From positions 1,408,001 through 1,472,000 of the forward strand of contig OY969801.1 in assembly GCA_963703225.1 (NCBI GenBank): a DNA stretch of 64,000 bases, read 5' to 3'. Below are positions 22,116 to 38,118 of this stretch, piece after piece (position 1 is the first letter of the stretch; each line of letters begins with the position of its first letter). The translations under genes were made by a program, and so were the position numbers. The notes below the pieces were generated by a model. That model did not search any database, had not been told where the DNA came from, and saw only the letters and a program-made list of their open reading frames with translations. Source of the stretch: Candidatus Eiseniibacteriota bacterium. GTDB lineage: Bacteria; Eisenbacteria; RBG-16-71-46; SZUA-252.

Positions 22116-22122
22116 GCCTCGA

Positions 22123-24499
22123 GTGAAGATCGGATGCGCGCTCGTCGCTGCGGCGTGGCTGGCCGCATCTCCGGTCTTGGGCTCAGCCGCAAGCCCTGCC
22201 GTCGCTTCCTCCGCCACACGCCGCCCGGCGGCACGGAGCGCCGCGCCCGAGTGGGTCGCGCGCCAGCGCGACTGGGACGCGGCGCAGCGCCGGCGTCAAA
22301 CGGCGCGCTGGGGCGGCACGCTGGAGGAGATCGTCGAGACCTCGGCGAGGGAAGCCGCCGCCGAGTCCGTCTACTTGGCAACCCTCTCGACGTGGGCATG
22401 GAGCGATAGCGTTTCGCTCCAGAGCTCGGCCCTTCCCGCCGCCGCGTTCCGCGCCCCGCTGCGACGAGGCGCGTTGGATCTCATGGAGCATGGCCGGCTC
22501 GATCCGGCCCTTCGGATTCTCTCCGGCCCGCTGGTCGACGACCGCGCGATGCTCCCGGTGCGTGCCCGCGCGGTCGGGCTCCATTCTTCGCTCGATTCCG
22601 GCTTGGCTCTGGTGGCCTGGCCACCCGATCGGCGCACCGTCGGTCCGCGGTCCATTCGCTGGGATGCGCTGGGACGGGCCCGCGGGGACGAGGTCGTCGC
22701 GGCGCTCCTCGCCGCCGCGGATCTGGCCGACTCGACCCGCGACCCGCGCGCGCGCCGGGCCGCCCTCTGGAGGCTGGCGCAGGAGCCACGCCCGGCAATG
22801 AAGAGCTTCGCGCGAGTCCGACTGGCGAGGTCGCTCGTCACGCTGGGCGAGCCGAGGCTCGCGGGGCAGATCCTCCAGCAGGCCTACGGCATCAGCGACG
22901 ACGAGCGCGTCCTCCTCGCCAACCTGCGCGCCGATCAGGCGGGCGCGCTCGGCGACACCGTCTGGGGCGTGACGCAGATGATCGACGCGGCCCGCGACCC
23001 CGCGCTATCGACCACCGCCCGCTATCCGATCGTGAGGCGCGCCGCGGACTGGACCCGGGGAACCCGCGCCGATTCTCTCGACGAATCGAGGTGGCTCGAC
23101 CTGGCCCGGATGCTCGGCGACGTGGGAGAAGGGGAGATGGCGCTCTCCCTGATGAAGCGCCGGCGGCTGCCGCCGCCCGACGCCGCCTCGCAGATCGCCC
23201 GCGAGGAGACCGAGGCTTCGATCCTCGCCCGGCTCAAGAAGAATCAGGAGGCGGCCTCGGCGTACGGAAAGCTCGGCTCGCGAACGGAGCTGCCCGCGAC
23301 GTCGCGCGCCAAGTATGCGCTCGGACTCGCCCGCGCGCGGAGGGGGACCGGCGAGTTCGAGGCGATGGACAAGGCCTTCCTGCTCGCGGTGTCCCTCGAC
23401 TCGACCGGGGCCACCGGAAACGTGGCCGCCTGGGAGCGGGCCCGCGAGTGGGAAGACCGAAAATCGCCCCTCGAGGCGGTCCGGATCTTCTCCTGGTCCC
23501 GCCGCTACGTGCGGGATGCCGCGACGACGCAGGCGCTCATGGCTCATGGGGCGATCGCCTGCATCCGCGCGGGACAGCCCGATTCCGCCTACTCCTTCAT
23601 CGTCGATGCCTACGGCAATCTGGCCCACTATTGGCGGGCGCAGATCGCGCTGGCGAAGAGGGACAGCGTCAAGGCGACCGCCGAGCTTCGCCAGGTTACG
23701 AATGGGGATCCCTGGACGTACGAAGGCGTGCGCGCCGGCGAAGCGCTTTCCCAGCTCGAGGGAAGGCCGACCCGGCCCCCCGACAAGCCCGCGGGAGGCG
23801 GCGACCTTTCGGACCGCCAGAGGCGCGCTCGGGGCCCGACCGTGGATCCTGAGATTCCGATGTCGGCGCGTCTCCTGGGCGCTGTGGGCGCGACGGATCT
23901 CATGATGGACGCGCTTCGAGACGGGACGCCAGAACGAGGACGACGCGATGGCTCGGGCCTGCACGGACGGGCTGGAGGAGCGGGGGGTGTTTCGAATCGG
24001 CCGCCCGGACGCGGTTCCGCGCGAGCGGCTGGAGTATCCGCCCGCGTATCCGGTCGCGGTGCTGACGGCGGCCGAGCGGGAAAGCTTGAGCGCGTCGCTG
24101 CTCTGGGCGATCATGCGGCAGGAGAGCGCCTATCTGCGCGCGGCGCGCTCCAAGGCGGGGGCTTTGGGCTTGCTCCAGCTCCTGCCTTCGACCGCCTCAC
24201 GCCTGAAGGGGGCGCCGGTATCCGAGTCGGAGCTCACCGACGCCGCGCCGAACGTGCGGCTGGGCGCGAAATATGTCGCGGGGCTGCTCGATGAGTTTGG
24301 CGATCCGCGGGCGGCCATTGCCGCCTACAATGCCGGCGAGGAGGCGGTCCGGCGGTGGATGCGTGACCGCCCGAGCGTCGACGATATCTGGGTGGAGTTG
24401 ATCCCGTACCGGGAGACGCGCGACTACGTGAAGCAGGTCTACTCGATCTGGCGTCGCTACGAGGCGCTCTACGGCGTCCCGGCAGCGGACCGTCGCTAG
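22123..24499 (+). CDS. Slt-type lytic transglycosylase with a long helical/TPR-like N-terminus; frameshift near 23930
   Basis: Signal peptide, then C-terminal AIMRQES, GALGLLQL, AAYNAG and IPYRETRDYV. Confidence 0.85.
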
Positions 24500-24507
24500 G
24501 ACGACAC

Positions 24508-25089
24508 TTGTCCCTTGCTTCGGAGCTCAAGCGGAAGTCGATCCACCTCGCGTCGCTTTCCATCCCGATCGCGTACTACCTCACGCCCGATTCGTGGATG
24601 CGCACGTGGGAGCGTACGCTTCTCGCGGCCGTCATTCTTTCTCTCGCGATTGAGGTCTTCCGGCTCCATCATCCACGGACGCGAAACGTCTTTCGCCATT
24701 TCTTCGGAGAGCTGCTCCGAAATCACGAGGAGGTCAGCCTCCTCGGATCGACGTACCTGCTCATCGCCTGTCTCCTCACGATCCACCTCTTCCCCAAGCC
24801 GGTCGCCGTCCTCGCCCTCTCGTTTCTGATCCTCGGCGACACGATGGCCGCGGTCGTGGGGAAGTCGATCGGGCGGATCCGCCTCTTGGGGGGGAAAACC
24901 CTGGAGGGGAGCGTGGCCTGCTTCGCGGTCTGCTACGCCCTCACCCTGCTTCTCCCCGACGTGCCCGTTCCGGTCGGCCTGGTGGGGGCGCTCGTGGCGA
25001 CCGTCTTCGAGCTCCTGCCGATCCCCCTCGACGACAACTTCCGGATTCCCCTCTCGGCCGGCTTCGCCATGGAGCTTCTACTTAGATAG
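24508..25089 (+). CDS. CTP-dependent lipid kinase (SEC59/DGK1/VTE5 family) membrane protein
   Basis: ELKRKSIH, GDTMAAVVG, KTLEGS and DDNF motifs with multiple TM helices. Confidence 0.8.
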   Translation: MSLASELKRKSIHLASLSIPIAYYLTPDSWMRTWERTLLAAVILSLAIEVFRLHHPRTRNVFRHFFGELLRNHEEVSLLGSTYLLIACLLTIHLFPKPVAVLALSFLILGDTMAAVVGKSIGRIRLLGGKTLEGSVACFAVCYALTLLLPDVPVPVGLVGALVATVFELLPIPLDDNFRIPLSAGFAMELLLR

Positions 25090-25101
25090 GGTGTTTCACG
25101 C

Positions 25102-25131
25102 TTGACACCCTTTGGAGTCGGCCCCTAGACT
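25102..25131 (+). promoter_or_regulatory. Sigma70 promoter for secA
   Basis: TTGACA-18 bp-TAGACT, about 200 nt upstream of secA. Confidence 0.6.
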
Positions 25132-25338
25132 CCGCCCGAAATCAGAACCCACGAAGCCAAAGAGGAAGATGCCTAAGACACTTATTCGCAGTGGATTACA
25201 CTGTTTGTCTCCAGTACCCGACCCCGGCGGCAGAGAGCCCCTGGGGTTTCGCTGTATTGGGCAGGCAGGGGGCAACTTGGGCCCGTGTCCAGCCCCCCTT
25301 GAGACCCGTTCCGCGGGGCGCCCGCATCCAAAGGTGGC

Positions 25339-28444
<3,106 letters not shown>

Positions 28445-28462
28445 CCGAGAGGAGTGGTCTCC

Positions 28463-28934
28463 ATGGATGACCGTGTACGAGAAATGATGGCGGTGATCGT
28501 CGAGCAGCTGAAGGCATACGTCGACGGGAACGAGGAAGCCCTGGTGGAGCTGACCGAGGTGCTCGATTCCGGGCCGGTACGACGCCGACGTGGTCAATCA
28601 GGCGTTTGAGATGATTTTCCGCGCGCTGGAGCCGTACGCCCGCGAGGATTTCGTAGCGGAGGCCGCCAAGGAGCGATCCAGCGTTCGCGTGCCGACCGGA
28701 TCAGAGCGAGCGCTTCTCACCAATCCCGCGTTCGGATACCTCTTCGGCCTCTTGGAGTCGGGGCGGGTGAGCCCGGAGCAATTCGAGGAAATCATGGTTC
28801 GAGCGAAGGAGATGGGATCTTCTCTGGAGAGCGAGAATCAGGCGAAGGAGCTGGCGACCGATGTCCTGATCCGCTGGTTCGACGATGAGCACGGCGTCGC
28901 GTTCGACGCGTCATCGTCGGCCTGGGTGCATTGA
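28463..28934 (+). CDS. DUF494/Smg-like protein; frameshift near 28572
   Basis: [12 protein letters not shown].., [29 protein letters not shown]. It sits directly upstream of topA, the usual smg position. Confidence 0.65.
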
Positions 28935-28938
28935 GCGC

Positions 28939-31340
<2,402 letters not shown>

Positions 31341-31360
<20 letters not shown>

Positions 31361-32258
31361 GTTTCTGCGCCATTTGGCCGAGCAGCGGCGCCTGTCGCCC
31401 GCGACGCTCCGCGCCTACGGCGACGAGATGGAGCGGTTCGATTCGTTCGCCCGGTCGCGGCTTCGTCGGGCGCCTCGGATCCCCGAAGACCTGACCCCCG
31501 AGCTGATCGCGGCGTACGCCGCGGCGCGGTCGCTCGAGCGCACCGAGGCGCGCCGCCCAATCTCGGCGCGGACCCTCGCGCGCTCGCTCGCCGCGGTCCG
31601 GTCCTACCTTCGGTTCCTGGAGCGCCGGGGCCATCCGACGGGGGCGATCCGCGGAGCGGTTCCACGGGTATCGCTGCCCGAGACCCTGCCGGCATCCCTT
31701 CCGGAGCAATCGTTGAACGCGCTCCTGGACGACCTCGCCGCCAAGACCCCGCCGGACGATGCGCCCACGCTCCGCGCGATCGCGGCGGTGGAGTGCCTCT
31801 ACGGCGCGGGGCTTCGGGTCGGGGAGCTGGCGGGGCTTTCGCGCGGCCGGCTCGACGAGCGCCGGCTGCTTCTGCGCGTCCTCGGAAAGGGGAGCCGGGA
31901 ACGCGTCGTGCCGCTGAGCGCGCGGGCCCTCGCGGCCCTCCACCGGTATTGGCAGGCATTGGGCCGGGAGCCCGGCTCGGCAGAAGCGCTCCTGGGCAAC
32001 CGCCGCGGCGCGGGCGTCACCGCGCGAACCTTGGAGAGGGACGTCCAGTCGGTTCTCGAGCGCCTGGGGCCGAACGCGGCCACCCACGCGCACGCGCTCC
32101 GCCACAGCTTCGCGACCCACCTCCTCGACCGCGGCGCCGATCTGCGCGCGGTTCAGGAGCTGCTCGGGCACCGAAACCTCGCCACGACCCAGATCTACAC
32201 CCACGTCACGCGGCGCCGTCTCAAGGCGGCGTACGCGCGGGCTCACCCGCGAGCCTGA
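31341..32258 (+). CDS. xerC: Tyrosine recombinase XerC
   Basis: LYGAGLRVGEL, GKGSRER, HALRHSFATHLL and LGH..ATTQIY..AHPRA. Located after topA. Confidence 0.85.
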
Positions 32259-32302
32259 GCGGCCCGCGCTCACATCCATCCATCGCGCAGGGGGCGCCAC
32301 CG

Positions 32303-33308
32303 ATGAAGCGAGACCTCCTCTCGTTCGCCGATCTCAAGCGGGTTGACTCGGACCGCCTGTTCGCGGTCGCGGCCAAGCTCAAGTCCGATCTCAGGGCCGG
32401 GCGGCGCCATCAGGAATTGGCGCAGAAGACGCTGGCGCTCATCTTCCACAAGCCGAGCCTCAGGACGCGGCTCTCCTTCGAAGTGGCGATGACCCAGCTC
32501 GGGGGAGACTCGATCTTCATCACCGATCGGGAGATCGGGATCGGCTCCCGTGAGCCGGTCCAGGACGTCGCGCGGGTGCTCTCCGGCTACGTCGATGGCA
32601 TCATGATCCGGACGTTCGACCACCAGCTCGCCGTCGGGCTGGCACGCCACGCGGCCGTCCCCGTTATCAACGGCCTCACCGATTGGCTCCATCCCTGCCA
32701 AATCCTCGCCGACCTGTTCACGCTCTACGAACGAAAGCTGGATCTCGACAAGATCGTCGTGGCCTACATGGGGGATGGAAACAACGTCGCCAACTCATGG
32801 GTGGAGGCGGCCGGACTCTACGGCCTGACGATCCGGATTGCCTGCCCGGAGGGGTTCGATCCCGACCAAAACCTCATCGCGCAGGTGCAGACCTCGGGGC
32901 GGGGAAAGGTGGAGATACATCGTTCCGCCGCCACAGCCGCCACGGGGGCGGACGTTCTCTACACCGACGTCTGGGCCAGCATGGGGCAGGAGGCGGAACG
33001 CGAGAAGCGGCTCCCGATCTTCCGCCCCTTCCAGATCGATCGCGCCCTCCTCGCGCGGGCCAAGCCGGGTGCGACGGTCCTGCACTGCCTGCCGGCCCAC
33101 CGCGGCGAGGAGATCACGGACGAGGTGATGGAGGGGCCGCAATCGGCGGTGTTCGATCAGGCGGAAAATAGACTTCATCTTCAGAAGGCGATCCTCTATG
33201 AGCTGCTCACGGGGCGGCGTCGGGCCGGCGGCAGCAGCGCCAAGAAGGCGACGGCGGTGCGGGGACGAAAGAAGCCGGCGCGTCGCACGGGGACGCCGGC
33301 GCCGGTGA
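32303..33308 (+). CDS. argF: Ornithine carbamoyltransferase; as assembled it reads through into the next gene, and the likely true stop is TGA 33306-33308
   Basis: KPSLRTR, HPCQ, DVWASMG, HCLP and AENRLH. Confidence 0.9.
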
Positions 33309-34369
33309 AGCGCCGGGTCATCCTGGCCGTCCGGATGATACTCATCGCGGGCGTCGTCATGGGGTGCGCGCGATCGGTCTTCCCGCCGGGAGGACCGGTC
33401 GACACAAGGCCGCCGCGCGTCGCGGCCATCCAGCCGGCGGATAGCTCGGTCCAGGTGCCGCGGAACACCGGGGTGGACATCCTCTTCTCCGAAGCGATGG
33501 ATCGAGCAAGCGTCCGGGACGGCATCCGCGTCTACCCGCCGGCCGGCCGCCAGCTCTACGACTGGAGCGGGAAGCGCATCCGGGTCACCTGGGAACAACC
33601 GCTCGCGGAGCGGACGACCTACAGCCTCCTCTTGAGCGGAACGGCCCGCGACGCCCGCGGGGTGCCGCTCGGCCGCGCCGTGACGATCCGCTTCAGCACC
33701 GGAGACTCGATCGACAGGGGGCGCATTTCGGGGGTTCTCCGCGCGCGAACGCTCCGCCGCATTGGGGTCCCGATCGTCGCGTTCCCTGATTCGCTGGGCA
33801 CCCGGCCCGACACGCTCGGGATTCCGGCGTCCTACGCCACCGAGACCGACACCGGCGGGGTCTACCACCTCAGGGGCCTCCCCGTCGGCAATGGATTTAC
33901 CATCCACGCCTTCTACGATCTGAACAACAACGGCTCGATGGAATCGGAGACCGATCTCGTGGCCAGCCACCCGGGCGCGATTCGCTTGACGTCCGAGCGG
34001 GCGGAAGTCGATAGTGTGAACATCGTCGCGATCGACCCTCGCGCTCCGGCCGTATTGAGCGGCACCATCGCGACGGTCGATTCGACCAGCCGGTTCCGGG
34101 TGGAGGCGATCGCGGTGGATGACTCGACGCTGTTTCGACGGGTGGAGCGGAGGGGGCCCGGTGGATATACGCTGCGCGTTCCCGCGGGGACCTACCGGCT
34201 GAGGGCCGTCCCTCTCACCGCATCCGGGGGAACGGTACCGGAAGCTGAAATCCGCCGCGACGCGCCGATCGAGACGAAGCCAGAGCAGGATTACGGCCCG
34301 TTCGATTTCGACTTCGGGACCTATCGCGCGCCGAAACCGGAGACGGGGCCATTGAGGGACGAGGAGTAG
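33305..34369 (+). CDS. Ig-like (Big_5) domain lipoprotein
   Basis: Lipoprotein signal VKRRVILAVRMILIAGVVMG-C, then CA..PPGGPVDTRPP, FSEAM and FSTGDSID motifs. Confidence 0.75.
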   Translation: MKRRVILAVRMILIAGVVMGCARSVFPPGGPVDTRPPRVAAIQPADSSVQVPRNTGVDILFSEAMDRASVRDGIRVYPPAGRQLYDWSGKRIRVTWEQPLAERTTYSLLLSGTARDARGVPLGRAVTIRFSTGDSIDRGRISGVLRARTLRRIGVPIVAFPDSLGTRPDTLGIPASYATETDTGGVYHLRGLPVGNGFTIHAFYDLNNNGSMESETDLVASHPGAIRLTSERAEVDSVNIVAIDPRAPAVLSGTIATVDSTSRFRVEAIAVDDSTLFRRVERRGPGGYTLRVPAGTYRLRAVPLTASGGTVPEAEIRRDAPIETKPEQDYGPFDFDFGTYRAPKPETGPLRDEE

Positions 34370-34371
34370 CG

Positions 34372-35277
34372 ATGGTGGAGTCGTGGAGCATGTGGGAAGG
34401 GGTCGGCGTCGCGCTCGTCTCTCCCTTCCGGTCCGGCGCCCTCGATTCGGGGGCCCTCGCCAAGCTGACCGAGCACCTCGTGGAGCAGGGCGTTCGCTCG
34501 TTCTATCCGTGTGGCTGCACGGGAGAGGCGACGTCGCTCACACGCGAGGAACGGGCGAAGATCATCGGAGTGGTCCGGGAAGCGGCCGGTGGAAAGGCCG
34601 CGGTCATCGCCGGCACCGGCACGGCATCGACCGACGAAACGATCGATCTATCGCGGGAGGCGATCCGCCTCGGTGCGGATGGCGTGATGGTTATCACGCC
34701 CTATTCCTGCCGGCCCACCCAAGAGGGACTTCTGGCGCACTACCGCGCGATCGCCGACGCCGTCGACCGGCCGATCGTGCTCTACAACGTCCCGAGCCGG
34801 ACGGGGGTATCGGTCGCGCCGGAAACGGTGGCGCGCCTCGCGGAGCACCCACGAATCGCGGCGATCAAGGAAGCGAGCGGATCGGTCGAGACCACGAGCC
34901 TGATCCGCTCCCTTTGCGACATCGCGGTGCTGGCCGGCGACGATTCGTTGTTCCTGCCCCTCCTCTCGATTGGAGCCCGCGGCGTCGTTTCGGTGGCCGG
35001 GCACTTGATCGCACCCGATCTCGTCGCCCTCCACCAGCATTTCCGCGCCGGACAAGCGGCGGACGCCGAGGAGATCCACCGCCGGGTTCATCCACTCTTG
35101 CGCGCTCTCTTCCTGGAAACGAATCCGGGCCCGGTCAAGTACGCGCTCCACCGGCTCGGGCGGATCGCGCCCGAGCTGCGCCTGCCGCTCGTGCCGGTGC
35201 GTCCCGAGACCGCGGCCGCGGTCGATCAGGCGCTGGAGCGGCTCGACCGTCGCGCCCCGGCGCGCGCGGCGCGCTGA
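34372..35277 (+). CDS. dapA: 4-hydroxy-tetrahydrodipicolinate synthase
   Basis: GCTGE, YNVPSRTG, IKEASG and ETNPGPVK. Adjacent to dapB. Confidence 0.88.
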   Translation: MVESWSMWEGVGVALVSPFRSGALDSGALAKLTEHLVEQGVRSFYPCGCTGEATSLTREERAKIIGVVREAAGGKAAVIAGTGTASTDETIDLSREAIRLGADGVMVITPYSCRPTQEGLLAHYRAIADAVDRPIVLYNVPSRTGVSVAPETVARLAEHPRIAAIKEASGSVETTSLIRSLCDIAVLAGDDSLFLPLLSIGARGVVSVAGHLIAPDLVALHQHFRAGQAADAEEIHRRVHPLLRALFLETNPGPVKYALHRLGRIAPELRLPLVPVRPETAAAVDQALERLDRRAPARAAR

Positions 35278-35284
35278 CCGGCCA

Positions 35285-36040
35285 GTGGCCGAAGTTCCGC
35301 TTCTCCTCTATGGCGCGACCGGCCGGATGGGTCGCGCGGTCCGGGAGGCGGTCTCCGAATTCCCCGAGATCAGCCTCCGTGCATGCGTCGCGCCCCACGT
35401 GAGCGGCCGAGGCGATGGGGTCGGTCCAGCCTGGCTCACTCCCGAGGACCTTCGCTCCAGGGAAACACGCGATCGGTTTGCCGCGGACCTCGTGGTGCTC
35501 GACTTCAGCATCGCCGCCGGCACGGCTCGGCTTCTCTCGATCCTTGAGGAGTGGCCGCGCGCGCTCGTCTCGGCGACCACGGGGCTCGATGCCCCGACCG
35601 AAGCGAGGCTCGATTCGCTGGCGAAGCGCACGCCGGTCTTCCGAGCCCCGAACGTGAGCATCGGAAACGCGGTCGTCCGGGCCTGGCTCAAGGCGTTCCC
35701 TCGCGCCGCGCGCGAGATGTTCGCGGCCGACATCGTGGAGCATCACCACTCCGGAAAGCGGGACGCCCCCAGCGGAACCGCCCTCTCGCTCGCGTCTCTG
35801 CTCGGTCCGGTGCGGATCGGACCGGGGCGGGCGGAGGAGCCGCGGATTCACTCGATCCGCGCCGGCGCGGTCCCCGGCACCCACCGCGTGCTCCTGAGCG
35901 GGGCAGGGGAGACGCTCGAGATCGTCCACACGGTCTTCGACCGCGCGGTTTTCGCGCGCGGCGCGCTGCGAGCGGTTCTGTTCCTGCACGGGCGCGCCGC
36001 GGGACGCTACTCGATCGACGAACTCCTCTCCGAAATCTGA
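35285..36040 (+). CDS. dapB: 4-hydroxy-tetrahydrodipicolinate reductase
   Basis: GATGRMG, ATTG, EHHHSGKRDAPSGTA and FARGA. Confidence 0.9.
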   Translation: MAEVPLLLYGATGRMGRAVREAVSEFPEISLRACVAPHVSGRGDGVGPAWLTPEDLRSRETRDRFAADLVVLDFSIAAGTARLLSILEEWPRALVSATTGLDAPTEARLDSLAKRTPVFRAPNVSIGNAVVRAWLKAFPRAAREMFAADIVEHHHSGKRDAPSGTALSLASLLGPVRIGPGRAEEPRIHSIRAGAVPGTHRVLLSGAGETLEIVHTVFDRAVFARGALRAVLFLHGRAAGRYSIDELLSEI

Positions 36041-36056
36041 TAGACTCCCCCGCCTT

Positions 36057-37784
36057 ATGCGTTTCTCGCAGGCGTTCCTTCCCACGCTCAAAGAAGATCC
36101 GGCCGACGCCGAGCTGATCAGCCACAAGCTCATGATCCGGGCGGGCCTCATGCGAAAGCTCGCCGCCGGGATCTACGCTCTGCTGCCGCTGGGCTGGAAG
36201 GTGACGTCGAACGTCGCGCGGATCGTCCGTGAGGAGATGGACCGCGCCGGCTGCCAGGAGCTGCTGCTCCCCATCCTCATGCCGGCGGAGCTCTGGATCG
36301 AAACCGGGCGTTGGGAGAAGTACGGCCCCGAGCTGTTCCGGCAGCGCGATCGGCACAACCGGGACTTCGCGATCGGGCCGACGCACGAGGAGGCGATCAC
36401 CGACCTGGTGCGCAATCACGTCCGCTCCTACCGCGACCTCCCGAAGAACCTCTATCAGATCCAGATCAAGTTCCGGGACGAGATTCGGCCGCGATTCGGC
36501 GTGATGCGAGCCCGGGAATTCCTCATGAAGGACGGGTACAGCTTCCACGCCGACGAGGCGTCGTTGGCCGAGGGCTACGACCGGATGCGCGAGGCGTACA
36601 CGGCGGTGTTCCGGCGCTGCGGGCTCTCGTTCGTGGTGGTGGAGGCCGACTCGGGCGCGATCGGCGGCGACGTGAACCACGAGTTCATGGTCACCGCGGA
36701 CTCGGGCGAGTCGCTGGTCTTCTCGTCGGCGTGCGGATACGCGGCCTCATCCGAAAGCGCGAAGTACGCTCCGCCCAAGGCGGAGGCCGAGCCGGAGTCA
36801 AAGCTTGAAACCAAGGAGACGCCCGGAAAGAAGACGGTGGAGGAGGTCGCGGCGTTCCTCGGGGTGACGCCGGATCGATTGCTCAAATCGCTCGTGGTCT
36901 GGGCCGGATCCGAGGCGGTGCTCGCGGTGGTTCCGGGCGACCGGGAGCTGAACGAGGCGAAGCTCGCCCGACACCTGGGCGGCGTCCCGATCCGAATGGC
37001 GACAGGCCCGGAGATCGAGGAGCTGACCGGCGGACCCCTGGGCTTCACGGGCCCGGTGGGCCTCGAGTCCAAGCTTCGGGTCATCCTCGATTCGGGGATC
37101 GTGGAAGGGAAGAACTACGTCACCGGCGGGAACCGAAAGGACGCGCACCTCCTCCACGTGAGACTGGGACGCGACGTGAAGGGGAAGGAGCGGGCCGACC
37201 TCGGCACCGCGCGCGAGGGGGACCGCTGCACTCGCTGCGGGGACGAGATGCGCGTCAGCCGAGGGATCGAAGTGGGGCACGTGTTCAAGCTGGGGACCCG
37301 CTACTCGGAGCCGATGAAGGCGCGCTTCCTCGACGCTTCGGGCGAAGAGCGCACGATCACCATGGGCACCTATGGGATCGGGGTGACGCGCACGGTCGCG
37401 GCGGTCATCGAGCAGCTCCACGACGAGAATGGAATCGTCTGGCCCTACTCGATCGCGCCGTATCCAGTGCACGTCGTCCCGGTGAACGTTCGCGACGAGC
37501 CGAGCCGCGAGACCGCGGAGGCGATCTACTCGGGGCTGAGCGACCGCGGCGTGGGGGTTCTGCTCGACGACCGGGACGAGCGGCCCGGCACCAAGTTCAA
37601 GGATGCCGACCTGCTCGGGATGCCGCTCCGCGTCACCGTGGGAGATCGGGGGCTCAAGGAAGGCATCGTCGAGCTTCGAGATCGAAGGACCGGCGCCGTC
37701 GAGCGAGTCCCCGTCGGGGGAGCGGTCGAGGCGTGCGAGAATCGGGTTCGGGAGGAGCTTAAGAAGCTTTCGTCGTCCGGTTGA
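36057..37784 (+). CDS. proS: Proline--tRNA ligase (bacterial type with editing domain)
   Basis: GPTHEE, FRDEIRPRFG, GIEVGHVFKLG and an anticodon-binding domain. Confidence 0.97.
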   Translation: MRFSQAFLPTLKEDPADAELISHKLMIRAGLMRKLAAGIYALLPLGWKVTSNVARIVREEMDRAGCQELLLPILMPAELWIETGRWEKYGPELFRQRDRHNRDFAIGPTHEEAITDLVRNHVRSYRDLPKNLYQIQIKFRDEIRPRFGVMRAREFLMKDGYSFHADEASLAEGYDRMREAYTAVFRRCGLSFVVVEADSGAIGGDVNHEFMVTADSGESLVFSSACGYAASSESAKYAPPKAEAEPESKLETKETPGKKTVEEVAAFLGVTPDRLLKSLVVWAGSEAVLAVVPGDRELNEAKLARHLGGVPIRMATGPEIEELTGGPLGFTGPVGLESKLRVILDSGIVEGKNYVTGGNRKDAHLLHVRLGRDVKGKERADLGTAREGDRCTRCGDEMRVSRGIEVGHVFKLGTRYSEPMKARFLDASGEERTITMGTYGIGVTRTVAAVIEQLHDENGIVWPYSIAPYPVHVVPVNVRDEPSRETAEAIYSGLSDRGVGVLLDDRDERPGTKFKDADLLGMPLRVTVGDRGLKEGIVELRDRRTGAVERVPVGGAVEACENRVREELKKLSSSG

Positions 37785-38013
37785 TCATCCGGGCGAGACG
37801 GGACTTCCTCCGATTGGCGACCGCCTTCGGAATCACGCCCTTCCGGACAGCGCGGTCGATCTTGGAAACCGTGAGCCGCGCAACTTCTTTGTCCGAAGGC
37901 TGTTCCGACACTTTCTTGATCCAAGTCTTGATCTCGGTCTTGACCGATATGTTCCGATTCTTGGAGCGCTTGGACGTGCGCATACGCTTCACGGCCGATT
38001 TGTGATGCGGCAT
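37759..38013 (-). CDS. rpsT: 30S ribosomal protein S20
   Basis: MPHHKSAVKRMR..IDRAVRKGVI..RRKSRL with SD AGGAGG. Confidence 0.95.
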   Translation of the reverse strand: MPHHKSAVKRMRTSKRSKNRNISVKTEIKTWIKKVSEQPSDKEVARLTVSKIDRAVRKGVIPKAVANRRKSRLARMINRTTKAS

Positions 38014-38057
38014 TCATTCCTCCTGACGGTGGCGGCACGGATCGTTCGAAGTGAGTC

Positions 38058-38086
38058 AGGCTAGCGAACTTCGGGCCGCGTGTCAA
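38058..38086 (-). promoter_or_regulatory. Sigma70 promoter for rpsT
   Basis: On -, TTGACA-17 bp-TAGCCT. Confidence 0.7.
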
Positions 38087-38101
38087 GGCGCGCGGGGGGC
38101 G

Positions 38102-38110
38102 TGGTATACT
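38102..38110 (+). promoter_or_regulatory. Extended -10 promoter for uvrC, probably leaderless
   Basis: TGGTATACT. The ATG is 8 nt downstream and there is no SD. Confidence 0.6.
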
Positions 38111-38118
38111 CCGCACCA

